From sequence record MW512573.1: a stretch of DNA of 53,311 nucleotides. One strand, given 5' to 3'. Under the pieces are notes generated by a model that ran no database searches, was not told the origin of the DNA, and saw only the letters and a list, made by a program, of their open reading frames with translations. The first letter of the stretch is position 1, and every line of letters begins with the position of its first letter. A program made the position numbers and the translations under genes. Below are positions 11,382 through 21,342 of this stretch, piece after piece. Source of the DNA: Clostridioides phage phiCD418.

Positions 11382-11795
11382 ATGTATAATGATGATTATA
11401 TAGAAGAAGCCAGTTTTCTGAATGGTTCTGATGTAGTTATACTTATTGATGGTGTAGAAGAGCTATACATGGAAGAAATAAAAGCTGATTTTGAGCAAGA
11501 TGAGCAAAGTATCAAACTGTTAGGTTGTCAAAATGAAATATCAAGAGTTGGGACTACTAAGGGTTCATTCTCTTTAAGTGGATATAAAGTAAGCTCAAAA
11601 TTCGCAAAGTTAGGTTTTAAATCTTTTGAAATAATATATAAATTAACAAACCCACAAACACTGGGATATGAAAGTATTAGATTAAAAAATTGTAGACTGA
11701 AGAAAATACCACTTATAAATTCAAAAGCTGGTGAAGATGTAAAGATAGAGCTAGAAGGAAGTTATAGAGGATATGATTTATTAAATGAGCTTTAA
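11382..11795 (+). CDS. Tail tube protein (XkdM-like)
   Basis: 137 aa directly after the sheath, RBS aaggagg. Confidence 0.7.
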   Translation: MYNDDYIEEASFLNGSDVVILIDGVEELYMEEIKADFEQDEQSIKLLGCQNEISRVGTTKGSFSLSGYKVSSKFAKLGFKSFEIIYKLTNPQTLGYESIRLKNCRLKKIPLINSKAGEDVKIELEGSYRGYDLLNEL

Positions 11796-11877
11796 AACAA
11801 AACAGTGCTGAACTCAAAGCTATGAACAATTAATTTTGTTTGTAGCTTTTTAAAATTAAAAATATTGGAGGAATAAT

Positions 11878-12372
11878 ATGTCAGAGATATATAAAAGAGA
11901 GTTAGAAAATGAGGTAATAGAAGAAAATAATGATTTAGATGAAGAAATAGAAGAAACAAATGAAGATAGATTGAAGATGAAAGAGGACGAAATAATAGCA
12001 AAGTTATTGGAGGATTCACCAGTACCCGAAAGGACTGTGTTTTTAGACAGATTAGGAATACCAATCACATTAAAAGCATTAACAGAAAAAGAGATTAGTA
12101 AAATAAGAAAAGATTGTACTAAAATTGTAAAGGTCCAAGGGCGAAGAGAAGAAAAATTAAATGATGATGAGTTTACTCTAGCATTAATAGAAAAAGGAAC
12201 TGTAAAACCTAATTTTTCTAATCAAAAATTACTTGATGCTATGAAAGTAACAAATGCTAGTGAATTTATAAAGAGAAAATTCTTAGCTGGAGAATTAAGC
12301 AAAATAAGCGACCAAATATTGGAATTATCTGGATTTTATGATGAGATAAGTGATGATGATATAAAAAACTAA
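11878..12372 (+). CDS. Tail assembly chaperone (XkdN / gpG-like); -1 frameshift predicted to extend product to 12530
   Basis: Acidic 164-aa protein between tube and tape measure. It ends ...ATA AAA AAC TAA, a classic A_AAA_AAC slippery heptamer. The -1 frame stays open for 160 nt to a TAA at 12528-12530, 19 nt before the tape measure gene. Confidence 0.65.
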   Translation: MSEIYKRELENEVIEENNDLDEEIEETNEDRLKMKEDEIIAKLLEDSPVPERTVFLDRLGIPITLKALTEKEISKIRKDCTKIVKVQGRREEKLNDDEFTLALIEKGTVKPNFSNQKLLDAMKVTNASEFIKRKFLAGELSKISDQILELSGFYDEISDDDIKN

Positions 12373-12548
12373 TAAAAATGGGGGGACGACTGGCTGTTTT
12401 AAATAACATCTTTGTTAAGCATCATGTTCCCCCAGATATTTTTGTTAAGAAAAATTTGATGTCTCAACGCTTAATGAAAGTATTTACTCAAAATGAAATA
12501 GAGCAAGAGAATAAAGCTATGAAAAAATAAATATCTGTAGAAAGGTAG

Positions 12549-15500
12549 GTGAGGGAAATAGCTAAAAAGGAAATGTATCATATTGATGTTGTCATAAGTG
12601 CAAAAGGTGACGGAGAAACAAAAAGCAAACTAAGTACTATGGGAAAATACATGAAGCAGACAGAAAAAAGGATGCAGACACTTAATAGAATAAAAGTTAA
12701 TCCTGCTATAAAAGCTACAGATAAAGCTTCAAGTGTTGTAAATAGAGTTAATAACAATATGAATAAAGCAAAAAAAACTGTTACAGCAAGAATAAAGGCT
12801 ACAGATAACGCGAGTCCAGTAGCCAATAGGGCTAGCAATAATGTTAATAAAGCTAAAAAGACAGTAACAGCAAGGTTGAAAGCTACAGATAATGCGAGTT
12901 CTACTGTTAACAAAGTTAATAATAAGATAAAAGAAGTTGCTAAGCCTGTACCTCCTGTAATCATACGAGGACAAGATGAGTCTAGTTCTATAATAGATAA
13001 AGTGAAAGCTAAGATTCAGAATTTAAAAGCTGATACTATTATAAAAATAAAGTCTCAAGCTGTTGAAGCTATAAATACTATTTCTCGAACTAAAAATAAA
13101 TTACAAGAATTTGTGAGTAAGAGATATGAAGCAGCGGTTAAGATTAGAGATGAAGCTAGTTCAACTCTAGGAGGGTTAACAGGGAAAATAGATTCTTTTG
13201 TAAGTGGAGCTATTAGTAAATTTACTAGACTGGCTACTATGGCAGGAGCTTTAATAGGTGGAATTGGTGTAGGTTCTGCTGTAAAAGGATTTGCAACTTT
13301 TGAACAAAGTATGAAGAATACACAAGCCGTAAGTGGAGCAACAGGAAAAGAAATGGAAGCTTTAACTGCAAAAGCTAGACAACTTGGGAGAGAAACTAGT
13401 TTTACAGCTAAAGATGCAGGAGACGCAATGTATTATATGGGTATGGCAGGATGGAAGTCCGAGCAAATGATAAAAGCAATTCCTGACGTTCTTAACTTGG
13501 CAGCAGCAGGAGGAACAGACTTAGCACTAACGAGTGACATTGTGACTGATGGACTAACAGCGTTAGGAATGACTGCAAATGACACAACTGAATTTGTTGA
13601 TGTGATGGCAGCAACTATAACAAATTCAAATACAAGTGTTGAGTTAATGGGTGAAACATTTAAATACGTAGGCTCTATGGGCGGAGCATTGGGAGTATCT
13701 ATGAAAGATTTATCTCTTGCGACAGGTCTGATGGCTAGTGCAAGTGTCAAGGGAAGCATGGCAGGTACTTCGTTAAGAGGAGGTCTAGTTAGATTAATAA
13801 AGCCACCAGAAGAAGCTGCTTCTGCAATCAAAAAATATGGAATAGAATTAAAGAAAAATAAAAATGGAAGCTTAGATTTAGCAGGAACAATAGGAAGTCT
13901 TAGAGAAAAATTAGGAGGATTAGAAGATGTTGAAAAAGGTGTTGCAATATCTTCTATTTTTGGAAGAACAGCCATGGCAGGTTGGGCGGCTGTAGTAAAT
14001 GCTAGTGAAAGTGATTTTAATAAGTTAACTACAGCTATTGCAGAATCAGAAGGTGAAGCTAAGAGAATTGCTGATATGAAACTAGATACCCTGTCAGGAC
14101 AATTTGAAATTTTAAAAAGTGCTATTGATGATGTAAGAATATCGGTAGGAAGTAAACTAGGTCCTATGACTCGTCAATTTGTAGAAAAACTTATAAAAGA
14201 TATGCCTAAAATAGGTGATGCTATAGTTGGAGTAGTAGAAAAGTTTGTTAATAATTTCGATAAAATAAAAGCAGGATTTCAAGTATTATTGCCTGCAATT
14301 GGTTCCGTTATAGCCTCTGTTATGGTACTTAAAGCCACCTTTGCTTTTGGAGGAGCTATTAAAAGTTTAAGTTTACTTGCAAACACTTTTGGTACAGCTA
14401 AATTAGCTGCATTCGGATTAACAGTTGGAATAGGGGCTATTGTTATAGCTTTTGCAGGAATGACTGTTGCTATTTCTAATAATAAAACTGCTATGATGGA
14501 CTTACAAACACGTTTTGGTTCGTTTGGTGAATATGTAACTACAATAATGGAAACTGTAGGTGGAGTTATAAAGCTTACGCTGGGGAATCTACTTATAATG
14601 CTTGGAGGGATAGGCAAAGGAATAGGTATTCTTTTATCAGATAAGAGCTGGGATGAAAAAGCTTCTTCATTAAAAAATCTTTTTGGTAAAACTACAGCAG
14701 AGATTAAAACAAATACAAAAGAAGCTTTGAGTGATATAAATGGAGAAACTTCTAATGCAACAGCTCTATTAAAAAAGTCTACTTCAAAAGAGTTACAAGG
14801 TGTTACTAAAGCGTTCTCAACTGCTTTTGACCAATCTAAAAATGTAACAGAGAAGAAATCTAATGATATAGCTAGAGCATTAACGAATGGATTAAAAGGT
14901 TTAGATGACCAATCTCTTACTATGATGCGAGGATTAAATGATAATATGGCGATAATTTTATCTGGTGTGACAGCAGATATGAAACCTAGTGACAAAGTTA
15001 ACAAAATCACCAAAAATCTTGATGATGCTTTCAAGGCAGGTAAATTAAGTGCCCAAGAATACAGAAGTAGTATACAAGAAACTTTAAGTTTTATAAGTAA
15101 ATATAGCGCAGATTCTTCAAATAATTTAAAACAAGGCATGAGTGATGCTTTCAATGCCTTCAAGGAAGGGACAAATGTAAGTGGATTAAAAGACGGAGTA
15201 ACAGGAATGTTGAACTCTTTAAAAGCTACAGGGCCACAAGCTTTAGAAACCTTAAAAGGTCTAGGAGGTAAAGCAAGCGAAATTTTTAAGGGAGTGGATT
15301 TTAATTCTTCTATAGATGCACAGAAAACTAAAGTATTACAGAATCTAAACAATCTAGGTTTGGAAGGAACACAAGCTATAGATACATTAAGAACTATTTT
15401 CTCGCAAGCTTCCACTGCACTAGATACTACAAATTTAAAACAAGGTTTAAGCGATACGTTTAATTCATTTAAAATCGGATTTAATCAAGATGGGATAAAT

Positions 15501-16826
15501 GGAGCAATAAATGGTATGCTTGGAACAATAAATCAAATAGGACCTCAAATGCAAGAAGCTCTAGGTAAAATGGATGGAAAGATGGGGCAAGTATTTGCTA
15601 ATGTAGACTTTAGTACTCCAATAGAAACACAAGCCAGTAAAGTTCTTGAAAATTTGAATAATTTAGGGATAGAAGGACCAAAAGCTTTAGAAACTGTAAG
15701 AAGTATATTTGCTCAAGCTTCAAGTCAAATACAAGGTTCAGCTTCTCAAACTGCTCAACAAGCAAATCAACAGGTTGCAAATGCCCTAACACAAGAAAAC
15801 CCAGCTGTGCAACAAGCAGGGCAACAATTAGGTACAGATTTGACAAATGGTGTAGTGAATGGAGTTCAAGCAGGGGTGCCAACTGTTCAACAAAAAGGGA
15901 ATGAATTAGGAGTAGCAACTCAACAAGGTGTTACAGATGCTTTAAATAATGCTACACCTCAAATTAATAATAACAATCTTACAACTGGTATAGATACAGC
16001 ATTCAACCAAGCTACTGCAACAGTTCAGCAAGGAGCGACGAATATGTACAATGGAGCAAAGCAAAGCTTCAGTCAATTAGCCCAAGTTGGAAGAGAAGCA
16101 GGAAGTAGTTTATATAACGGTGCAACAACTTCTTTTAATATGTTAGCATCAAATGTAAGGGTTGCATGTAGTAGCATGTACAACGGAGCTAGAACATCTT
16201 TTACGAGTTTAAGCAGTTCAGCGATAAGTGCTATTTCTGCTATGTGTAGTTCTGTAGTAAGTCAAGTTAGTGCTATGTCGAGCCAAATCATTAGTTACTG
16301 GAATAGTGTAAGAGCAACCGTTTCAGCACCAATCTCTGCATCTTTTAATGTTAAGACTACTCAAACAACTGTCAAAAGAACAGTAAATGAAGGAGGCGGG
16401 ATACTAAGTAATATATTTGGTCGATTTGCTGATGGTGGAGTTGCAAGTAAACCAAGTATTTGTGGAGAAGATGGAGCTGAAATGGTGATTCCTCTTTCTA
16501 ACAATAGAAGAAATCGAGCGATAGGCTTGTATGAACAAACAGGCAAAATGTTAGGTTTAAGCTCAACCCCATCACAAAAAATTGGAGAAAGTTATTCTAA
16601 TGTTGTAAATAATGTTAGACAATTTCCTCTTACAAATGTTTTAGATACAGATAATAAAGAATATAGAGAAGCTACACCAAATAGTGTTAATTCTTCTAAT
16701 AGCACTATAAATCTAGGCGGAATATCTATAAACGTTCAAGAGAGTAATAACAAAGAAGAAATGATACAAGAAATATTATCTCAAGTAGAAAGTGGAATAA
16801 GAGAAGCATTACAAGATATTGGATAA
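12549..16826 (+). CDS. Tail tape measure protein
   Basis: 1425 aa. Internal tandem peptide repeats, hydrophobic central segment, glycine-rich regions. Follows the chaperone. GTG or a downstream ATG start. Confidence 0.9.
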   Translation: MREIAKKEMYHIDVVISAKGDGETKSKLSTMGKYMKQTEKRMQTLNRIKVNPAIKATDKASSVVNRVNNNMNKAKKTVTARIKATDNASPVANRASNNVNKAKKTVTARLKATDNASSTVNKVNNKIKEVAKPVPPVIIRGQDESSSIIDKVKAKIQNLKADTIIKIKSQAVEAINTISRTKNKLQEFVSKRYEAAVKIRDEASSTLGGLTGKIDSFVSGAISKFTRLATMAGALIGGIGVGSAVKGFATFEQSMKNTQAVSGATGKEMEALTAKARQLGRETSFTAKDAGDAMYYMGMAGWKSEQMIKAIPDVLNLAAAGGTDLALTSDIVTDGLTALGMTANDTTEFVDVMAATITNSNTSVELMGETFKYVGSMGGALGVSMKDLSLATGLMASASVKGSMAGTSLRGGLVRLIKPPEEAASAIKKYGIELKKNKNGSLDLAGTIGSLREKLGGLEDVEKGVAISSIFGRTAMAGWAAVVNASESDFNKLTTAIAESEGEAKRIADMKLDTLSGQFEILKSAIDDVRISVGSKLGPMTRQFVEKLIKDMPKIGDAIVGVVEKFVNNFDKIKAGFQVLLPAIGSVIASVMVLKATFAFGGAIKSLSLLANTFGTAKLAAFGLTVGIGAIVIAFAGMTVAISNNKTAMMDLQTRFGSFGEYVTTIMETVGGVIKLTLGNLLIMLGGIGKGIGILLSDKSWDEKASSLKNLFGKTTAEIKTNTKEALSDINGETSNATALLKKSTSKELQGVTKAFSTAFDQSKNVTEKKSNDIARALTNGLKGLDDQSLTMMRGLNDNMAIILSGVTADMKPSDKVNKITKNLDDAFKAGKLSAQEYRSSIQETLSFISKYSADSSNNLKQGMSDAFNAFKEGTNVSGLKDGVTGMLNSLKATGPQALETLKGLGGKASEIFKGVDFNSSIDAQKTKVLQNLNNLGLEGTQAIDTLRTIFSQASTALDTTNLKQGLSDTFNSFKIGFNQDGINGAINGMLGTINQIGPQMQEALGKMDGKMGQVFANVDFSTPIETQASKVLENLNNLGIEGPKALETVRSIFAQASSQIQGSASQTAQQANQQVANALTQENPAVQQAGQQLGTDLTNGVVNGVQAGVPTVQQKGNELGVATQQGVTDALNNATPQINNNNLTTGIDTAFNQATATVQQGATNMYNGAKQSFSQLAQVGREAGSSLYNGATTSFNMLASNVRVACSSMYNGARTSFTSLSSSAISAISAMCSSVVSQVSAMSSQIISYWNSVRATVSAPISASFNVKTTQTTVKRTVNEGGGILSNIFGRFADGGVASKPSICGEDGAEMVIPLSNNRRNRAIGLYEQTGKMLGLSSTPSQKIGESYSNVVNNVRQFPLTNVLDTDNKEYREATPNSVNSSNSTINLGGISINVQESNNKEEMIQEILSQVESGIREALQDIG

Positions 16827-16907
16827 TGTCGAATTGTTGTTAAAAAAATCTCCCTCATAAATGATATAATATTGTTAAAATATGCAAATTTATGAGGGGG
16901 AAATTTT

Positions 16908-17708
16908 ATGTGGCAGAAATTTAAAGGTCTAAATACTTTCTTAAAAGTTATTATAGGTATTATAGCAATATGTTTCTTACCAATCACTTTAGCTGTTTTT
17001 TCAATTGAATTTTTAATGAAATCTATTGAAGCTAAAAATAAAGGCAAAATAATCTTAGGATGTTTTTTAGCATTATTAACATTAAGTTGTGCTAGGACTG
17101 TTTATCTTACAAGAGGTTTAGATGATAAAAATTTTACTCAAGTCAATCAAGTTTCTAGTAATAAAAATAAAGAAGATGCTGAAAAGAAAGCGAAAGAAGA
17201 AACTAAGAAACAAAAAGAGCAGAAGGCTCAAACAGAGAAACAAAAAAAAGATGAAGAAGCTATAAAATTAGCAGAACAACAAAAAAAGAATGAAGATGAG
17301 CAAAAACCATTGGAAAATAAAAAAAACAATAAACCAACAAAGTTTTTTACAGATGTATATTTAAAAAATAAAAATTGTGTTAATATGACATCTTATGAAG
17401 GTATAAAGTCAAACCTAGATATATTTGGTTATAAATATAAAATTATAGAACCAAATGAAACCACACTAAGGCAAATTGATGTATATGATAATCAAAGCAA
17501 TGATACTATTCAATTTCAATTTTATGAAAATGATGCTGGAGAAGAAGTCGTAACAGTTATGCAATATAATAAAAAAGATGAACCTGACAAATCCGTTGCC
17601 ATAAGCGATGATTTTCATATATATCCACCAAAATTTAATAATCATATTAATAATACAAATACGGAAGTTAATAGCATAGAAGAACAAATAAATTTTATGT
17701 TTAATTAA
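16908..17708 (+). CDS. Membrane-anchored lysine-rich coiled-coil protein
   Basis: 266 aa with an N-terminal TM helix (VIIGIIAICFLPITLAVFSIEFL). KKxEE-rich linker. Inserted between the tape measure and LysM tail genes. Confidence 0.4.
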   Translation: MWQKFKGLNTFLKVIIGIIAICFLPITLAVFSIEFLMKSIEAKNKGKIILGCFLALLTLSCARTVYLTRGLDDKNFTQVNQVSSNKNKEDAEKKAKEETKKQKEQKAQTEKQKKDEEAIKLAEQQKKNEDEQKPLENKKNNKPTKFFTDVYLKNKNCVNMTSYEGIKSNLDIFGYKYKIIEPNETTLRQIDVYDNQSNDTIQFQFYENDAGEEVVTVMQYNKKDEPDKSVAISDDFHIYPPKFNNHINNTNTEVNSIEEQINFMFN

Positions 17709-17776
17709 TATTTGTATAATACTTTAAAGCTCTTACGGTTTGTAGGAGTTTTTTATTGTAAAAAAGAGGTGATAAC

Positions 17777-18448
17777 TTGGTAATAGACATTTATCTAAAA
17801 AATGAAAAAGAAAAAATAGATTTCCATTTTCCAGTAACTCCACTTGATAGTTTATCTATTAAAAAAGAAAAAAGGTTTGAAACTGTAGATATAGTAAATT
17901 TAGGTGAATTTGACCTTAAAAAAGAAGGAGAGAAGATAAGAGAAATATCATTCAAGACCTTCTTACCCAACTTATATGACGCTTCTTATTGTAGATACAG
18001 TGAGTTAAAAAATCCAATTGAAATAGTTGCAATGCTTGAAAAATGGGTAGACCAAGCCGAACCTCTAAGACTTATTATAACTGGTTTTGGCTACAATGGA
18101 TTAGTTACAATATCTAGTTTCAGCAATACTCAAACAGCAGGAAGAGAAGAAGATAGAGACATTGAGATAACATTTAGAACTTACAGAGAACTGAAGATAG
18201 AGACATTGAAAAAAGAAACTAAAAGTAATGCTAAAACAGATTTAAAAGACAATAGACCAAGTACCCAAACTACACAAAAGATATATACAGTTACATCTAC
18301 AGATACATTGTGGAGTATCGCTAAAAAGTTTCTAGGCAAAGGTTCGAGATGGACAGAGATTTATAATATACCCGAAAACAAAAAAGTTATTGGTAAAAAT
18401 CCGAATATAATTAAAAAAGGTCAAAAGTTGGTGATACCTTCTAAATGA
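17777..18448 (+). CDS. LysM-domain tail protein (XkdP-like)
   Basis: TTG start with RBS aagaggtga. C-terminal LysM motif YTVTSTDTLWSIAKKFLG...IKKGQKLVIP. Confidence 0.7.
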   Translation: MVIDIYLKNEKEKIDFHFPVTPLDSLSIKKEKRFETVDIVNLGEFDLKKEGEKIREISFKTFLPNLYDASYCRYSELKNPIEIVAMLEKWVDQAEPLRLIITGFGYNGLVTISSFSNTQTAGREEDRDIEITFRTYRELKIETLKKETKSNAKTDLKDNRPSTQTTQKIYTVTSTDTLWSIAKKFLGKGSRWTEIYNIPENKKVIGKNPNIIKKGQKLVIPSK

Positions 18449-19407
18449 AAATAATATTAAATGGAAAATATGATATTGCAAATTTTAACGAGGGAATAAC
18501 ATTAAGTGAAGCTATAGACGGAGTTGCATACAAAATGGATGTATCTTTAATAGAACCTAAACAACTTAAAGATATAAATATTAAAAAAGGTGACAAGATA
18601 GTTCTAATTGACATTGCATATGAGAGTAAAAAAGAAGAGACGATATTTGATGGAGTCATATGGGAAACTAGAAGAAGTGAAAAGAGTAAGAAACTAACAT
18701 TGTCTTGTAGAGAAAGAACAGTTTACATGGAAGAAAGCGAAGAACAATACTCGTTTAAAGAAAATACAGCAACACAGAGGATTGAATATTACTGCAAACA
18801 ATGGAATATACCTTACTACAATCTAGCGAATACTTCTGTAAAACTTGCTAAAGTAATACATAAGACAAATATACTAGATATGATTAAAAAAGACTTAAAA
18901 GAAACAGCGAGTAAGGGTGGAGACTTATTTAGAGTAAGGATGGATAATAAATTAAAACTATTTAAGCTTGGTACTAATGCAAATGTATATAAATTAGATA
19001 GTATATTAGAAGATGCAAACTTTACAAGTAGTTTTAATGATGCAGTAACAAGTGTAAAAGTTTTAGGAAAGAGTAAAGATGAAAATACAAAAGCACCTAT
19101 CATTGGAACATATAAAAAGGACTCAGACAAATATGGAACACTGCAAAAGATTAAACAAGATGAAAAGATAAAAAATACTAAAGAAGCTAAGAAAGCAGCA
19201 GAAGCAATGTTTAATTCAGGTGAAGAAACAATAAGCGTTGATTGTGTAGTAGATATAAATAGAATAAGAGCAGGCGATAAGGTATCTCTAAAAGGTAAAG
19301 AGTACTATGTTATAGATGTTACTCATACATTAGATTCTACTCCAAAAATGAAGCTGAATATAGGGACTTTAGAATATATAAGGAGGAAATTTTATAATAA
19401 TGACTGA
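18445..19407 (+). CDS. Tail/baseplate protein (XkdQ-like)
   Basis: 320 aa, start overlaps the LysM gene stop. Position in the PBSX-like order. Confidence 0.55.
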   Translation: MKIILNGKYDIANFNEGITLSEAIDGVAYKMDVSLIEPKQLKDINIKKGDKIVLIDIAYESKKEETIFDGVIWETRRSEKSKKLTLSCRERTVYMEESEEQYSFKENTATQRIEYYCKQWNIPYYNLANTSVKLAKVIHKTNILDMIKKDLKETASKGGDLFRVRMDNKLKLFKLGTNANVYKLDSILEDANFTSSFNDAVTSVKVLGKSKDENTKAPIIGTYKKDSDKYGTLQKIKQDEKIKNTKEAKKAAEAMFNSGEETISVDCVVDINRIRAGDKVSLKGKEYYVIDVTHTLDSTPKMKLNIGTLEYIRRKFYNND

Positions 19408-19765
19408 TGCTAGATTTAATGGAATTGCTAGAATATTGAAAGAAAATATGAATAAAAGTGTAGCAAATGGCACTTTTGGAATGGGTTGTGAACTTGCAGA
19501 AATAACAGTAAATGGACTTAAGGTTAATGGTTATAAGGATGAAATACAAGATTATCTAGTATTAGAGAGTTTAACATTAAAAGAGGATTATTTTACTTTT
19601 TCAGATGAAGCTTTAGGCGGAGAATATAAGCATAAACATAGAATAGAAACTCCGAAAGAGTTGAAACCACTAAGTATAGGTGATAACGTGTTAGTAGCTG
19701 TTATGGGAGCTCAATTTGTAGTAATTGGGAGGGTTGTAAATGCCAAATCTATTTCCTCAAAATGA
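19400..19765 (+). CDS. Small baseplate protein (XkdR-like)
   Basis: 121 aa, overlapping coupling on both sides. Confidence 0.4.
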   Translation: MTDARFNGIARILKENMNKSVANGTFGMGCELAEITVNGLKVNGYKDEIQDYLVLESLTLKEDYFTFSDEALGGEYKHKHRIETPKELKPLSIGDNVLVAVMGAQFVVIGRVVNAKSISSK

Positions 19766-20201
19766 AACTTTTGAAACTGTAGAATTAAAAAATAATAATG
19801 AGAATGAACTGGACCTAAAAGGGTCTTTTTTATTTGATTTTGAAAAAGGTGAATTTGTTAAAAATGCAGATGGAACATTAAAAAAATGCGATAAAGTTCA
19901 AGCATACAAACAATGGTGTCAAAAGGCTATATTAACACCTAGGTACAAAAGGTCAGCTTATTCTAGTGTATATGGAAGCGAAATAAAAGACTTAATTGCT
20001 AGTAACTTATCTCAAAATGCAAAAGAGCTTGAAATAACTAGATTAATAAAAGAAACTATTTTAGTTCATCCATATACAAAAGAAGTAGGAGAATTTAATT
20101 TTAACTGGTTGGAGAATAGCAGGTTAGTAGAGTATGAATTTGATGTACTAACAATAGATGATGAAAACATAACCATAGATGGGAACATAAAAGGTAGGTG
20201 A
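19740..20201 (+). CDS. Baseplate protein (XkdS / gp25-W-like)
   Basis: 153 aa directly upstream of the baseplate J-like gene. Confidence 0.45.
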   Translation: MPNLFPQNETFETVELKNNNENELDLKGSFLFDFEKGEFVKNADGTLKKCDKVQAYKQWCQKAILTPRYKRSAYSSVYGSEIKDLIASNLSQNAKELEITRLIKETILVHPYTKEVGEFNFNWLENSRLVEYEFDVLTIDDENITIDGNIKGR

Positions 20202-20205
20202 TTAT

Positions 20206-21342
20206 ATGGAAAGAGAGCTACCTATACCAATTTTTTTAACAGAAGATGAGGACTCTGTACATGAAAGGATGTTAAGTAATTTTCAAGATGTGAGTACTTT
20301 GGAGGGTGACTTTATCTATGATGCAACAAGACCTACAGCAGAGCAGATAGCTGAATTAAAACAACTAGGGCTACAAAATAATTTAAAGATAGCATTTCCT
20401 CAAACTAGTTATGGAACTTACTTAGAGTGGCTTGGTGAATGTAAAGGTGTATTTAAGAATCAACCAACTAAATCGGTTGGTATGATTACATTTACAGGTG
20501 TACAAGGTACTATAATTAAAAAAGGAACTATATTAACTACTGTTGCAACTGATGAAAAACAGAGCATAGAATTTGAGCTTCTTGAAACTAAAACTATAGG
20601 AGAAAATGAAACAGTAGATATTAAAGCAGAGTGTAGAGTTGCAGGAATTACAGGGAATGTGTCTAAAGGTAGTGTATCCGTTTTACTAGGTTCTATTAAT
20701 GGTATTAAAACAGTTACTAATAAAGAAGATTTCAAAGGTGGAACAGATATAGAAGATGAAGAACATTTTAGAGAAAGAGTTCTTGTAGCAGAGCAAGAGG
20801 ACAAATTAAGTGGAGCTAGTTCGGATTATATAAGATGGGCTAAAGAAGTAGATGGAGTGGGATATGCTTATGTAGTTTCAGAATGGGCTGGTGCAGGGAC
20901 AGTAAAAGTATTAATACTAGATAAAAATAGGAAAGCAGCAACACAAGAATTAATAGATAAGGTCCAAGAATATATATATCCATTGAATATAGAAGAAGGT
21001 CAAAATCGAGATGGGAAAGCTCCTATTGGTGCATTAGTTACAGTTGTAACACCCGAAACGCTACTTATTAATGTAAAAGCTAGTTTTATATTTAGTAATA
21101 GCTTTAATGAGGAAACTGTACTAAACAATCTAAAAACTAAGATAGACAAATATTTAGATAAGATTGATTTAGGTGGAACAGTCTCATACAATGCTATACA
21201 GGCGATAGTAGGCTCTATGATGCTGACAGATGAAGGTATACAAGACTTTTCTAATCTTACTATAAATGATGTAAAAGAAAATATAAAATTGCAAGACCAA
21301 GTCGTTGGAGTAGGGGAAATAGTTAACGAGGTGGTTGTATGA
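20206..21342 (+). CDS. Baseplate J-like protein (XkdT-like)
   Basis: 378 aa. Position and size. Gly-rich beta-rich central part typical of Baseplate_J. Confidence 0.8.
   Translation: MERELPIPIFLTEDEDSVHERMLSNFQDVSTLEGDFIYDATRPTAEQIAELKQLGLQNNLKIAFPQTSYGTYLEWLGECKGVFKNQPTKSVGMITFTGVQGTIIKKGTILTTVATDEKQSIEFELLETKTIGENETVDIKAECRVAGITGNVSKGSVSVLLGSINGIKTVTNKEDFKGGTDIEDEEHFRERVLVAEQEDKLSGASSDYIRWAKEVDGVGYAYVVSEWAGAGTVKVLILDKNRKAATQELIDKVQEYIYPLNIEEGQNRDGKAPIGALVTVVTPETLLINVKASFIFSNSFNEETVLNNLKTKIDKYLDKIDLGGTVSYNAIQAIVGSMMLTDEGIQDFSNLTINDVKENIKLQDQVVGVGEIVNEVVV

Noticed and set aside
14279-15415. 378-aa minus-strand ORF (and similar ones at 12578-12964, 13433-13975, 15610-15918) inside the tape measure gene
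   Set aside because: Antisense to a 1425-aa gene with a strong structural context. Low-complexity Leu/Ser/Phe-rich translation, no RBS. Typical shadow ORFs of an AT-rich coding strand.
16834-16872. Sigma-A promoter reading TTGTTA ... GATATAAT upstream of 16908
   Set aside because: The spacer between the candidate -35 and -10 is about 22 nt, too long. The -10-like element is more plausibly just the loop of the RBS-sequestering hairpin.
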